A stretch of DNA of 64,000 bases, from NCBI GenBank assembly GCA_965237955.1, contig OZ250169.1:96001-160000 (forward strand). Direction: 5' to 3'. The stretch comes from Candidatus Marinacidobacterales bacterium. Its GTDB lineage: Bacteria; Acidobacteriota; Vicinamibacteria; Marinacidobacterales; SMYC01. Below the pieces are notes generated by a model. The model did no database searches, was not told where the DNA came from, and saw only the letters and a list, made by a program, of their open reading frames with translations. Positions within the stretch are counted from its first letter, which is position 1; each line of letters starts with the position of its first letter. This document shows, piece by piece, positions 10,149 to 19,565 of the stretch. The translations under genes were made by a program, and so were the position numbers.

Positions 10149-11657
10149 TCACAGCTCATCCACTACCTGGGCCGCTCCCAAACCAATGTGAACCGGCAAG
10201 TCGTCCTGATGAAACGTGCCCACCATCAGAAAGGTATCGCGCCTGAGGGTTCGCTCCTGGGGCGTGCCTTGATGAATCGTTGCGTAGACTTGAGCTCCGA
10301 TACCGGAGGGGTTGTTTTTGGTGCCTTTGAGGCGAACAAACAACCACCCGTTTCCGTTCGTCGAGGCGTAACTGACAAAGAATCGCTGAGGCAGGCCCGG
10401 GCCCGTTGAGGCAAACAAGTCGAGATCGCCGTCGAGGTCGTAGTCCACAAAGGTGCTGTCGTAGCCCTCGTCGGGCCCCGTCCGAAGGCCTTCCTGGGTC
10501 GATACGTGAGTAAACCGAAAGTCGCCATCGTACCGGAAGAGCGTTCGTCCAATGGGACCCGTTTGATCCTGAGCGAACAGGTCGAGATCGCCATCATTGT
10601 CGTAGTCCACCGCTTGCGCGCCGGCTGATAACGTCGCGGACGATTGGTAGGCAATTGCAGGTTCAGGTTTGTCTTCGTCAACACTCCCAAGTGAAAGTTC
10701 GTCAACATCCTCATCAAGCAATTCTGCGAAGTGAAGTTCCTTGAACGTTGTGTCTCCGTCATTCCGCCAGATTGCGTTTGGATTCCCTTGGGCCCCTATC
10801 AAGTAAAGATCCAAATCGCCGTCGTCGTCGAAATCAGCGAACTGCGTACCGAAAGTACTCGGATAGAACTGTGTGTCCGTGCGGTCGATGACGTCAATAA
10901 ACCGAAGTACGCCCGTATCGCTGAGCTGGTTTTCGAAGAAGGTATTCGGAATACGGTTCCCAATCAGGCACGTTGAGATATAGATATCGAGGTCCCCGTC
11001 TCCGTCATAATCGCCGATGGCCAAACCGTAACCATGGGAGGTTGGATCGGCGAAACCGGTCTGCTCGCCGATCGGACGGAACTGCCCCGGCGCGAATTGC
11101 TCGTAGAGCTCATGCGGCTGGCTGAACATGAGGACCAGGAGATCCAGGTCCCCGTCCTGATCGATATCAACCCAAGCGATGTTTTCATGGTTGTAAGGGT
11201 CGTCGAGTCCGGTCTGTGCGCCAAAATTCACGAACCCGGTCCCGCCCTCCATAAGCATGTTTCTGAACAGATCGCCACGGGTGTCTCCATTGCCGGAATG
11301 CTCCCGGCCGAGGAAAAGGTCGACGTCCCCGTCACCATCGTAGTCCGCCCAGGCGGAGCTCCTTCCATACTGGTCCAAGTTGTCGAGCCCAACTTCGACA
11401 GTGACGTCGGTGAAGGTGGCACTGCCCGAACCGATGGTGTTGTTTCGCAACAGTCGCTGTGCCTGGACGGTGCCCTGAATGAAAAGATCGGGGTCGCCAT
11501 CGTTATCATAGTCGGCGAACGATCCGCTTCGCGCGTTCTCGTTTCCAATATTTCCCAGAATCTCGGCCCCGCGCTCTTCGAAGGTCTGGGCGGGGGACAA
11601 AGAGGGAGCTCCTAATGCCACGACCGCTAATGTAATAAGAGTCTTATGATGGAACAT
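10149..11657 (-). CDS. CRTAC1/ASPIC-UnbV family FG-GAP repeat protein, copy 1 (premature TGA removes the last ~28 residues)
   Basis: Repeated DYDxDGDxDL motifs and C-terminal WLFVRLKG..GIGAQV..HIGLG. The frame continues past the TGA as IVWPNGVTQVLTNVSAGQYLEVAIPSS to 10065, matching copy 2. Confidence 0.85.
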   Translation of the reverse strand: MFHHKTLITLAVVALGAPSLSPAQTFEERGAEILGNIGNENARSGSFADYDNDGDPDLFIQGTVQAQRLLRNNTIGSGSATFTDVTVEVGLDNLDQYGRSSAWADYDGDGDVDLFLGREHSGNGDTRGDLFRNMLMEGGTGFVNFGAQTGLDDPYNHENIAWVDIDQDGDLDLLVLMFSQPHELYEQFAPGQFRPIGEQTGFADPTSHGYGLAIGDYDGDGDLDIYISTCLIGNRIPNTFFENQLSDTGVLRFIDVIDRTDTQFYPSTFGTQFADFDDDGDLDLYLIGAQGNPNAIWRNDGDTTFKELHFAELLDEDVDELSLGSVDEDKPEPAIAYQSSATLSAGAQAVDYDNDGDLDLFAQDQTGPIGRTLFRYDGDFRFTHVSTQEGLRTGPDEGYDSTFVDYDLDGDLDLFASTGPGLPQRFFVSYASTNGNGWLFVRLKGTKNNPSGIGAQVYATIHQGTPQERTLRRDTFLMVGTFHQDDLPVHIGLGAAQVVDEL

Positions 11658-12465
11658 CGATCGCCGCCTTCCGGTTGAACCTCTCCCAGGAGTCAGGCCT
11701 TTTCTTACTTGATCCAACGTAGCACACTTCTCATCTGGGCCCCTTTCTCCTGCAGCTTGATGTTGTAACGTCATCAAACTACGGGTTTGGAGCCGTTTCA
11801 ATTTCCGACCAAGAGTAACACTTTCCGTTTCAGTTCAAAAGGGCTTTAAATTGAACCCTCAGGAGAGCATCAACCCAACTCGAGAGCAGACCAGATGACG
11901 CGGCGGTCCCTCGAGATGCTCTCCGGAGCCCGCGAATCCTTTGGCCAACGTGATCGCCCAAGAAAACCCCTCCTCCGCCCAGCAAAATGCCGCCATACGG
12001 TGTCCAGCGGCCCGAATTCTGCCTGCACTCACCTTCTGCTTCCCTGAAGGATTAGCCACACGTCGCTTCTGCCGCTCTTGGGCTTTTGCTATGCTCCAGG
12101 ACGGACGGCATGGACCTTTTTCTCGTACACGCTGAGAAAATTGGCACCGGCACGCATCCGCCCGACATGATTTTTCCTATCTCTATCTCTTTTCAAGGTG
12201 TCCCGGTGAACTCGAGGCGCACTTCCTTGCCTGGGCATCCGAGGGATCCGCCAGCCAGGATGCTGAGGCCGAAAAGCATGGTTTCGAGACCCGATATCTC
12301 GCGGAGGGGTCCTTGGACCGTGCCCTCAATCGTGCTTATGAGGTTGTGTCGACGCGCACCGTCTCGCGTTAGTGAAAGTGGATTGGTCACGAATTCAAAT
12401 CCATTGCTTTCGAGGTTTACGTCCTCAACCGGGTAGGGGCTGCCGGACTCTCAATACATTCGTGA

Positions 12466-14007
12466 TTAAGAGGCGCTAGGAATCGTTACTTCCAGATACT
12501 GACCGGCCGAAACGTTCGTGAGCACCTGAGTCACGCCGTTAGGCCAGACAATTCGAAGCTCATCCACTACCTGGGCCGCTCCCAAACCAATGTGAACCGG
12601 CAGGTCGTCCTGATGAAACGTGCCCACCATCAGAAAGGTATCGCGCCTAAGGGTTCGCTCCTGGGGCGTGCCTTGATGAATAGTCGCGTAGACTTGAGCT
12701 CCGATACCGGTGGGGTTTTTTTCGGTGCCTTTGAGGCGAACATACAACCACTGGTTTCCGTTCGTCGAGGCGTAACTGACAAAGAATCGCTGAGGCAGGC
12801 CCGCTTTCGTTGAGGCAAACAAGTCGAGATCGCCGTCGAGGTCGTAGTCCACAAAGGCGCTGTCGAAGCCGCCGTCGGCTTGCGTCCGAAGGCCCTCCTG
12901 TGTCGATACGAGAGTAAACAGCCAGTCGCCATCGTTCCGGAAGAGCATTCGTCCAATGGAACCCGCTTGATCCTGAAAGAGCAGGTCGAGATCGCCATCA
13001 TTGTCGTAGTCCGCCGCTTGCCCGCCGACTGATAACGTCGTGGACGATTGGTAGAGAACTACGTCTCCCCCAATGCCGTGAACTTCGGCGAACGTTCCGT
13101 CTCCCTCATTCCGCCAGAGTTCGTTTGGATTCCCTTGGGCCCCTATCATGTAAAGATCCAAATCGCCGTCGTCGTCGAAATCAGCGAACTGCGAACCGTA
13201 ACTATTCGGAAGGACCTGTGTGCCCGTGCGGTCGGTGACGTCAATAAACCGAAGAACGCCCGTATCGCTGAGCTGGTTTTCGAAGAAGGTATTCGGAATA
13301 CGGTTCTCAATCGCGCACGTTGAGATATAGATATCGAGGTCCCGGTCTCCGTCATAATCGCCGATGGCCAAACCGTAACCATGGGAGGTTGGATCGGCGA
13401 AACCGGTCTGCTCGCCGATCGGACGGAACTGCCCCGGCGCGAATTGCTCGTAGAGCTCATGCGGCGCGAGTTCCTTGAGGACCAGGAGATCCAGGTCCCC
13501 GTCCTGATCGATATCGACCCAAGCGAGGTTGTCAGTCCAGTCAGCGTCGTCGAGTCCGGTCGGTGCGCTAAAATTCGTGAAACCGGTCCCGCCCTCCATA
13601 CGGAGGTTTCTGAACAGATCGCCACGGGTGTCTCCATTGCCGGAATGCTCCTGGCCGAGGAAAAGGTCGACGTCCCCGTCGGCATCGTAGTCCGCCCAGG
13701 CGGAGCTCCATCCTTGCTGGTCCAAGTTGTCGAGCCCAACTTCGACAGTGACGTCGGTGAAGGTGGCACTGCCCGAACCGATGGTGTTGTTTCGCAACAG
13801 TCGCTGTGCCTGGACGCTGCCCTGAATGAAAAGATCGGGGTCGCCATCGTTGTCATAATCGGCGAACGATCCGCTTCGCGCGAGCTCGTTTCCAATATTT
13901 CCCAGAATCTCGGCCCCGCGCTCTTCGAAGGTCTGGGCGGGGGACAAAGAGGGAACGGCAAATGCCACGACCGCTGATGCAATAAAAATCTTGTGATGAA
14001 ACTTCAA
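12466..14007 (-). CDS. CRTAC1/ASPIC-UnbV family FG-GAP repeat protein, copy 2 (intact)
   Basis: Signal peptide, DxDxDGD repeats, ASPIC/UnbV end HIGLG..VDELRIVWPNG; highly similar to copy 1. Confidence 0.9.
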   Translation of the reverse strand: MKFHHKIFIASAVVAFAVPSLSPAQTFEERGAEILGNIGNELARSGSFADYDNDGDPDLFIQGSVQAQRLLRNNTIGSGSATFTDVTVEVGLDNLDQQGWSSAWADYDADGDVDLFLGQEHSGNGDTRGDLFRNLRMEGGTGFTNFSAPTGLDDADWTDNLAWVDIDQDGDLDLLVLKELAPHELYEQFAPGQFRPIGEQTGFADPTSHGYGLAIGDYDGDRDLDIYISTCAIENRIPNTFFENQLSDTGVLRFIDVTDRTGTQVLPNSYGSQFADFDDDGDLDLYMIGAQGNPNELWRNEGDGTFAEVHGIGGDVVLYQSSTTLSVGGQAADYDNDGDLDLLFQDQAGSIGRMLFRNDGDWLFTLVSTQEGLRTQADGGFDSAFVDYDLDGDLDLFASTKAGLPQRFFVSYASTNGNQWLYVRLKGTEKNPTGIGAQVYATIHQGTPQERTLRRDTFLMVGTFHQDDLPVHIGLGAAQVVDELRIVWPNGVTQVLTNVSAGQYLEVTIPSAS

Positions 14008-14206
14008 TCGCGACCTTCCGGTTAAACTATTCCTGGTGTCAGGCGCTTTCTTACTCTACCGAATTTAGCACAAAGCGAGCGACTCTGAGCGAACGAAAGT
14101 CCATCACTGGTGAAAGTTTCAGCGAAACGTCGGGAAAGAGGAGTAAACTGCAACGCCGCAATGATAGAAGGCGTTGTTCGAGTCTTGGTGGAGGAGGCAA
14201 TCAATC

Positions 14207-15719
14207 ATGGTACAAGCAGTCCGCGCTCGGAACTTCAATGCGACGATCGCACTCGCCGCAATGGCAGTGGCAGTGTCCGTCACATCGACGGCCGACGCGG
14301 TCGATCCCCTGCTCAGGTTCCCCGATGTGCACGAGGACACGGTGGTCTTCGTCCACGCCGAGGACATCTGGACCGCGCCGGCTGACGGAGGTTTCGCGCG
14401 CCGACTCACCGATGACGAGGGCGAGGAACGCCACCCCAAGTTCTCGCCCGACGGGTCGCTAATCGCTTTCACGGCTGAGATCGGCGGTAACGCCGACGTG
14501 TGGATGATGAAGGCCGACGGCTCCGACCTGAAGCGTCTTACTTATCACCCCTCGCCGGACGAGGTCGTGGGCTGGCACCCGACCCGCAACATGGTGATGT
14601 TCCGATCGGCCCGTCGCTCCTACTCGCGGTTCGACCGCCTCTTTCTGATCAATCCGGACGGCAGCGGTCTCGAGGAGCTGCCGCTCCACGAGGCCGCGAG
14701 GGCTTCGTTCTCGCCCGACGGCACGAAGATCGCGTAACAACCACGTCGCGCGCGAGGACCGCGCCTGGAAGCGCTACTACGGGGGTACGGCGCAGGACGT
14801 GTGGCTCTACGACTTCACCACCAGCAAGGATCGCCGACTCACCGCCTACGAGGGTACCGACCGGCTACCCATGTGGATCGGTGATGCCATCTACTTCGCT
14901 TCCGACCGCGACGGGGAGCTCAACATCTGGTCCTATCAGCTGGCCGACAGTTCGATGACCCGGATCACCGATCACACCGACTACGACATACGTCGGCCGA
15001 GCCACGGGGGCGACCGCATCGTCTACGAGATCGCCGGCACCCTGTGGAACCTCGACATCTCGAGTGGCGAGACACGACCGATCCACAGCCGCCTTATGGT
15101 GGACGAGGCCTCGGGCGGACGAATCGGCTACATCCATCTCCCCGACACTCGCGTCAGGTCGGCCATCGAGTTCCCCAAGTACTACTACGCGCAGAGCCGC
15201 AAGCAAGGCCTGCTCATCGACGGCCGTTTCAACGGCGGGGGTCTCGACCCCGATATTTTCCTGCAGCGACTGGCCAAGAAGCCGCTGTCGTACTGGACCC
15301 GCCGCTATTCCGAGGACCACGTGACCCCGATCTATGTGTCCCACGCGCACATGGCGCTGGTTATCAACCGTCAGTCGGGCTCGGGCGGCGACGAGTTGGC
15401 CCTAGAGTTCCGCCAAAAGGGGATGGGGCCGGTGATCGGTACCCGCACCTGGGGTGGTCTAGTCGGCGTCTCCATGTCCATCGACCTGGTGGACGGCACC
15501 CGTCTTGGCGTGCCCGACTACCGTATCTACTCGCTCGAGGGTGAGTGGGTCGTGGAGAACAGGGGCGTGAGCCCGGATATCGAGGTCGAGCTCGACCCGG
15601 CCGATATGGCGCGCGGCCATGATGCCCAGCTGCAAAAGGGGATCGAGGTCATCCTCGAGAGGATCGAGGCCGACCCGCCGACCCCGCCGACCCACCCGCC
15701 CTTCCCCAAGCGGGACTGA
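14207..15719 (+). pseudogene. tricorn-like S41 protease, frameshifted and internally deleted
   Basis: LLRFPD and PD40 repeats; +1 at ~14735 (GCG TAA C in place of GCG TAC); then a direct jump from the first propeller to GRIGYIHLPD..IDGRFNGGG..SGSGGD..IGTRTWGG. About 500 codons versus ~1080 typical for tricorn. Confidence 0.85.
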
Positions 15720-15746
15720 CGTGCAAACTCAACCACCAATTCTAGG

Positions 15747-15925
15747 CTACCCTTCCGCCTCTTCCTGGAAGAACTGCTTCAAGAGCCGGGCAGCCAGGAC
15801 CTCTTCGCCGTCTTCCATGCAGCGGGTCGACATGAAATCTTCGAACATGACGAGCCGCGGCCGGCCGTTCTTCAGCTTGTCGCGAGCTGCTTCCGGGCTC
15901 AATGGGATGACTTGCTCGTCCCAGG
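15747..15925 (-). pseudogene. 3' remnant of an unknown gene cut by IS21
   Basis: Frame WDEQVIPLSPEAARDKLK...QEEAEG* begins exactly at the IS end. Confidence 0.4.
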
Positions 15926-16145
15926 TGCGTATTCCGGGGCACCGTGAACGCAGATTCCAGCCGAAGGTGAACATCCATTCCAAAGCACCGTGAACACGGA
16001 TTCCGGGGATCGTGAACATCGATTCCGGGGAAGGTGAACACGGATTCCAGGCAACGTGAACGCCGGTTCCGGCATCGCGAACGCTCATCGATAGCACGTT
16101 TCAAGGCAACTCTAGGTCGTACCCGGAAGGAGGACGATCTAGGAA

Positions 16146-17702
16146 ATGGCAGCTAAGAGGTTATCGATGAGAAAAACACGAGAGGTTCTAAGGTTAAAGT
16201 ACGAGCTGGGTTTTACTCACCGCATGATCGCAAAGGCACTTCGCGTGGCGGTTGGAACGGTGAGTGAGTACCTGGCCAAGGCGAAGAAGGGTGGTCTGAG
16301 CTGGCCGCTCCCGGAGGAGCTGAGCGACGGGGAGCTGGAGGCAGGGCTGTTTCCGCCGCCGGGCTCGTCTGGCGCACGGCCGGGTCTGGACTATGCCCAC
16401 ATCCACGAGGAGCTGAGGCGTCACCGAGAGCTGACGTTGCTGCAGCTGTGGGTGGAGTACGCGGAGAATAAGCCGGGAGCGTACGGCTACAGCCGTTATT
16501 GCGAGCTGTACGGTCAGTGGAAGAAGAAGCTGAACCCGACGATGCGTCAACGGCATCGAGCAGGCGAGAAGACATTCGTCGATTTTTCGGGGAAGAAGCC
16601 TCACATCGTCGATCCGAAAACGGGAGAGCTCGTCGAAATGGAGCTGTTCGTCGGGACGTTGGGCGCGAGCAGTTACACCTACGTCGAAGCGACACTGAAC
16701 CAGTCGCTGGAATCGTGGGCGAAGGCCCATAAGGGGATGTCGGATTACTTCGGTGGCAGTACGGAGATCTGGGTTCCGGACAACTTGAAGAGCGGCGTGG
16801 ATTTGGTGGACCGTTACGAGCCAGGGATCAACCGGACGTACGAAGAGCTGGCGACGCATTACGGTGCGGTTGTGGTCCCGGCTCGGGTGTTCAAGCCGAA
16901 AGACAAAGCGAAGGTGGAGTCGGCAGTGCAGGTGGCGCAGCGCTGGATCCTGGCGGTGCTTCGTCATCGCACGTTCTTCAGCCTGGCGGAACTGAACGAA
17001 GCCATCTGGGAGAAGTTAGAGGTCCTGAATGCGCGTCCGATGCAGAAGCTCGGTGTGAGTCGGCGGGAGTTGTACGAAAGGCTAGACCGGCCCGTACTGA
17101 AACCGCTACCGCAGGAGAGCTACGAGTTATCGACGTGGAAGCGGTGCAGAGTGAACATCGACTACCACGTGGAGGTGGAGAACAACTTGTACAGCGTTCC
17201 CTATCAGCTCATTCACGAGAAAGTCGAGGCACGGGTGACGGCCTCGGTGGTGGAGGTCCTGTTCAAGGGAAAGCGCGTCGCGTCGCATCCCCGCAAGAAA
17301 GGAAAGGGGCACTACTCCACGAACCCGGAGCATATGCCACGTTCGCATCGGGAGCACCTGGAGTGGACGCCGTCGCGGCTGCTCCACTGGGCGGAGCAGT
17401 CAGGTCGCGCCACGGGAAGGCTGGTTGCGGGGATTCTAGAGAGTCGGCCTCACCCGGAGCAGGGATTTCGCTCTTGCCTGGGAGTCATGCGACTAGGCAG
17501 CCGCTGGGGCAGTGAGCGTCTCGAGGCCGCTTGCGCACGAGCGGAAGCTTTGAGCTCTTACAGCTATCGCACGGTGAAAAACATTCTCTCGGCTGGTCTG
17601 GATCGTGTGGTGCTCGAATCGGACGCCGAAGCGAAACCGCGAGAGGAGCACGAGAACATCCGAGGCGCGGATCACTACGAAGGAGGAGAGTCCCGATGCT
17701 GA
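16146..17702 (+). CDS. istA: IS21 transposase IstA
   Basis: RLSMRKTREVLRLK HTH, HRAGEKTFVDFSG, VPDNLKSGV and PKDKAKVE motifs. Confidence 0.95.
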   Translation: MAAKRLSMRKTREVLRLKYELGFTHRMIAKALRVAVGTVSEYLAKAKKGGLSWPLPEELSDGELEAGLFPPPGSSGARPGLDYAHIHEELRRHRELTLLQLWVEYAENKPGAYGYSRYCELYGQWKKKLNPTMRQRHRAGEKTFVDFSGKKPHIVDPKTGELVEMELFVGTLGASSYTYVEATLNQSLESWAKAHKGMSDYFGGSTEIWVPDNLKSGVDLVDRYEPGINRTYEELATHYGAVVVPARVFKPKDKAKVESAVQVAQRWILAVLRHRTFFSLAELNEAIWEKLEVLNARPMQKLGVSRRELYERLDRPVLKPLPQESYELSTWKRCRVNIDYHVEVENNLYSVPYQLIHEKVEARVTASVVEVLFKGKRVASHPRKKGKGHYSTNPEHMPRSHREHLEWTPSRLLHWAEQSGRATGRLVAGILESRPHPEQGFRSCLGVMRLGSRWGSERLEAACARAEALSSYSYRTVKNILSAGLDRVVLESDAEAKPREEHENIRGADHYEGGESRC

Positions 17703-18454
17703 CACCCGAAACGATAGAAAAGATGAACGCCATGAAGTTGTTCGGCTTGGTGTCCGCGTTCGAAACCCAGTTGAGCTCGAGCGAATACAAGGAGCTGAGC
17801 TTCGAGGAACGTGTGGGACTCCTGGTCGATGCCGAGTGGACCGCCCGCGAACAGCGTAAGCTTTCTCGACGACTGCGAGCGGCAAAGCTCCGCTATCCGG
17901 CATGTTTGGAGAACGTGAACTTCCAAGCGCCTCGAGGCTTAAACCGCGAACAGATCTTGAGCCTGGGCAACTGCCGCTTTGTCGGTGAGCGCCATAACCT
18001 GCTCATCACCGGCCCGACGGGGATTGGCAAATCGTTCTTGGCTTGCGCCTTCGTGGAGCGGGCCTGTCGTCGCGGCTTCACCGGATGCTACGTGCGAGCA
18101 CCGCGCTTGCTCCACGAGCTCGCGGTCGCTCGTGGTGATGGTTCCTACGCCCGGCTTTTGACGAAACTCGCCAAGCTGGACTTACTGGCTATCGATGATT
18201 GGCTGCTTCACCCGCTGAAAGAATCGGAGAGACGGGATCTAATGGAGGTCATCGAAGACCGCGCCGAGCGTGGCTCCACACTCATCGCGACCCAGATTCC
18301 GCTCAAGCAGTGGCACGAAGCGATTGGCGACCCAAACCAGGCAGACGCTATCTGCGATCGCATTCTCCACAGCGCGCACCGCATCACTCTCAAAGGAGCT
18401 TCTCTGAGAAAGACCAAGGCTGCGCCAAAGGCATTTGACAACGCCGATGCATGA
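17696..18454 (+). CDS. istB: IS21 helper ATPase IstB
   Basis: Walker A GPTGIGKS, Walker B LLAIDDW, ADAICDRILH; ATG overlaps the istA end after GGAG. Confidence 0.95.
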   Translation: MLTPETIEKMNAMKLFGLVSAFETQLSSSEYKELSFEERVGLLVDAEWTAREQRKLSRRLRAAKLRYPACLENVNFQAPRGLNREQILSLGNCRFVGERHNLLITGPTGIGKSFLACAFVERACRRGFTGCYVRAPRLLHELAVARGDGSYARLLTKLAKLDLLAIDDWLLHPLKESERRDLMEVIEDRAERGSTLIATQIPLKQWHEAIGDPNQADAICDRILHSAHRITLKGASLRKTKAAPKAFDNADA

Positions 18455-19151
18455 GCGAGCGAGGGACCACAGCGTCGATGCGATAAAAACGGGTGAAACC
18501 GCCAAACCCGGGGTACCAGACGATGCGGCGCCAAAACGACGCGCGAGAATGCCTCAGGAAGCGTCTTCTCGAGCCAGGCCATACCCCAGCAACCCCCCGA
18601 AACCAGCCCCACATCGCCCGGGGTTCGGCCGCGGCAGGTCGCTGCCTACGGGAGCGACCTGCCGCCCCTTGCTACACAACACGCAGGTAAGATAGGTTCA
18701 CGTTTTCAATCAGTGGAAAGGAGGTCACCCAACACTTCATCGCTTCGATGAGCGTTCGGCTTCACCGGATTCGCTGTTCAGCTTGCTCTGGATTCGGCGT
18801 TCACGATGGCTGGAATACGCACTCGGCAGCGGGTCGCCAACAAGATCCTCATAGAACACAAGGATCTAATACGAGCGGATCACAGCTACGATCGTACCGA
18901 GTTGGTCTACTGGAAGGACGTCGAGAGTTCCTCCGCCAAAACATTGAAGAGCGAGCTTTGTGAGTGGGCTAAGCAATTCAATCTGATTCGGAACGACGGG
19001 GAGCCCTGTCTCGGGGTCGGCCCGCGCGCCCCGGAGGGGTAGGGGCAGCTAAGGTGGAAGTACTACCTTTGGTTACACGCCAAGGCCCCCAAAACGCCGT
19101 TTTCGGCGTGCCGCGAGCCCCCCGGTAAGCTTTGTCGACCCCCGACTTCTA

Positions 19152-19565
19152 ATGAAGGAGACGGTGCTCGGGATCACTCACAAAGGCGTATCCAGAGCTT
19201 ATCCCATGAGTGTGCTCAATGGCATGGGGCCTCACCGCGCCATCAACGACAACGTCAATGGACTCGAGCTGCTCATCGTATTCGACGCCACCTCTTCCCT
19301 GATGATCCCCTACAACCGAAGGTTGATAGATCTCGCCGCGGGTGCCGATGCGCCCGGCCGGCTCCTGACCTTCGATGTGATCGAGGAGGGGAGCTTCCCG
19401 TTCAACCTCAAAGATAGAGAGACGGGCACGGTGTGGAGCTTGACGGGCATCGCTCTCACGGGCGAGCTCGAAGGGGCCAGGTTGCAACCCATCGCGACCT
19501 ATTCTGCGTTCTGGTTCGCCTGGGCCGCCTTCAACCGAGACACGGAGATTTATTCCCCGTCCTAG
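19152..19565 (+). pseudogene. C-terminal fragment of a DUF3179-family protein
   Basis: (DPRLL)MKETVLGI..SRAYP..DRETGTVWSLTG..GELEG..FWFAWAAF..TEIY matches the DUF3179 C-terminus; the N-terminal part is missing. Confidence 0.65.

Larger units (their letters stand above)
15926..18821 (+). mobile_element. IS21-family insertion sequence with intact istA/istB
   Basis: Terminal IR TGCGTATTCC / GGAATACGCA; 6-7 sub-terminal ~22-bp GTGAAC..TTCC repeats at 15940-16085; no flanking direct repeat seen. Confidence 0.92.

Noticed and set aside
10149-10151. In-frame TGA as selenocysteine or programmed readthrough
   Set aside because: It aligns to Arg (CGA) in the paralog, not Cys; a simple C-to-T transition explains it.
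11859-12436. Short ORFs between the two ASPIC/UnbV genes
   Set aside because: Possibly decayed coding DNA, but no family could be supported.
15940-16085. 22-bp periodic repeats as a mini-CRISPR or iteron array
   Set aside because: They are the sub-terminal transposase-binding repeats typical of IS21 ends; the same applies to 41972-42105.
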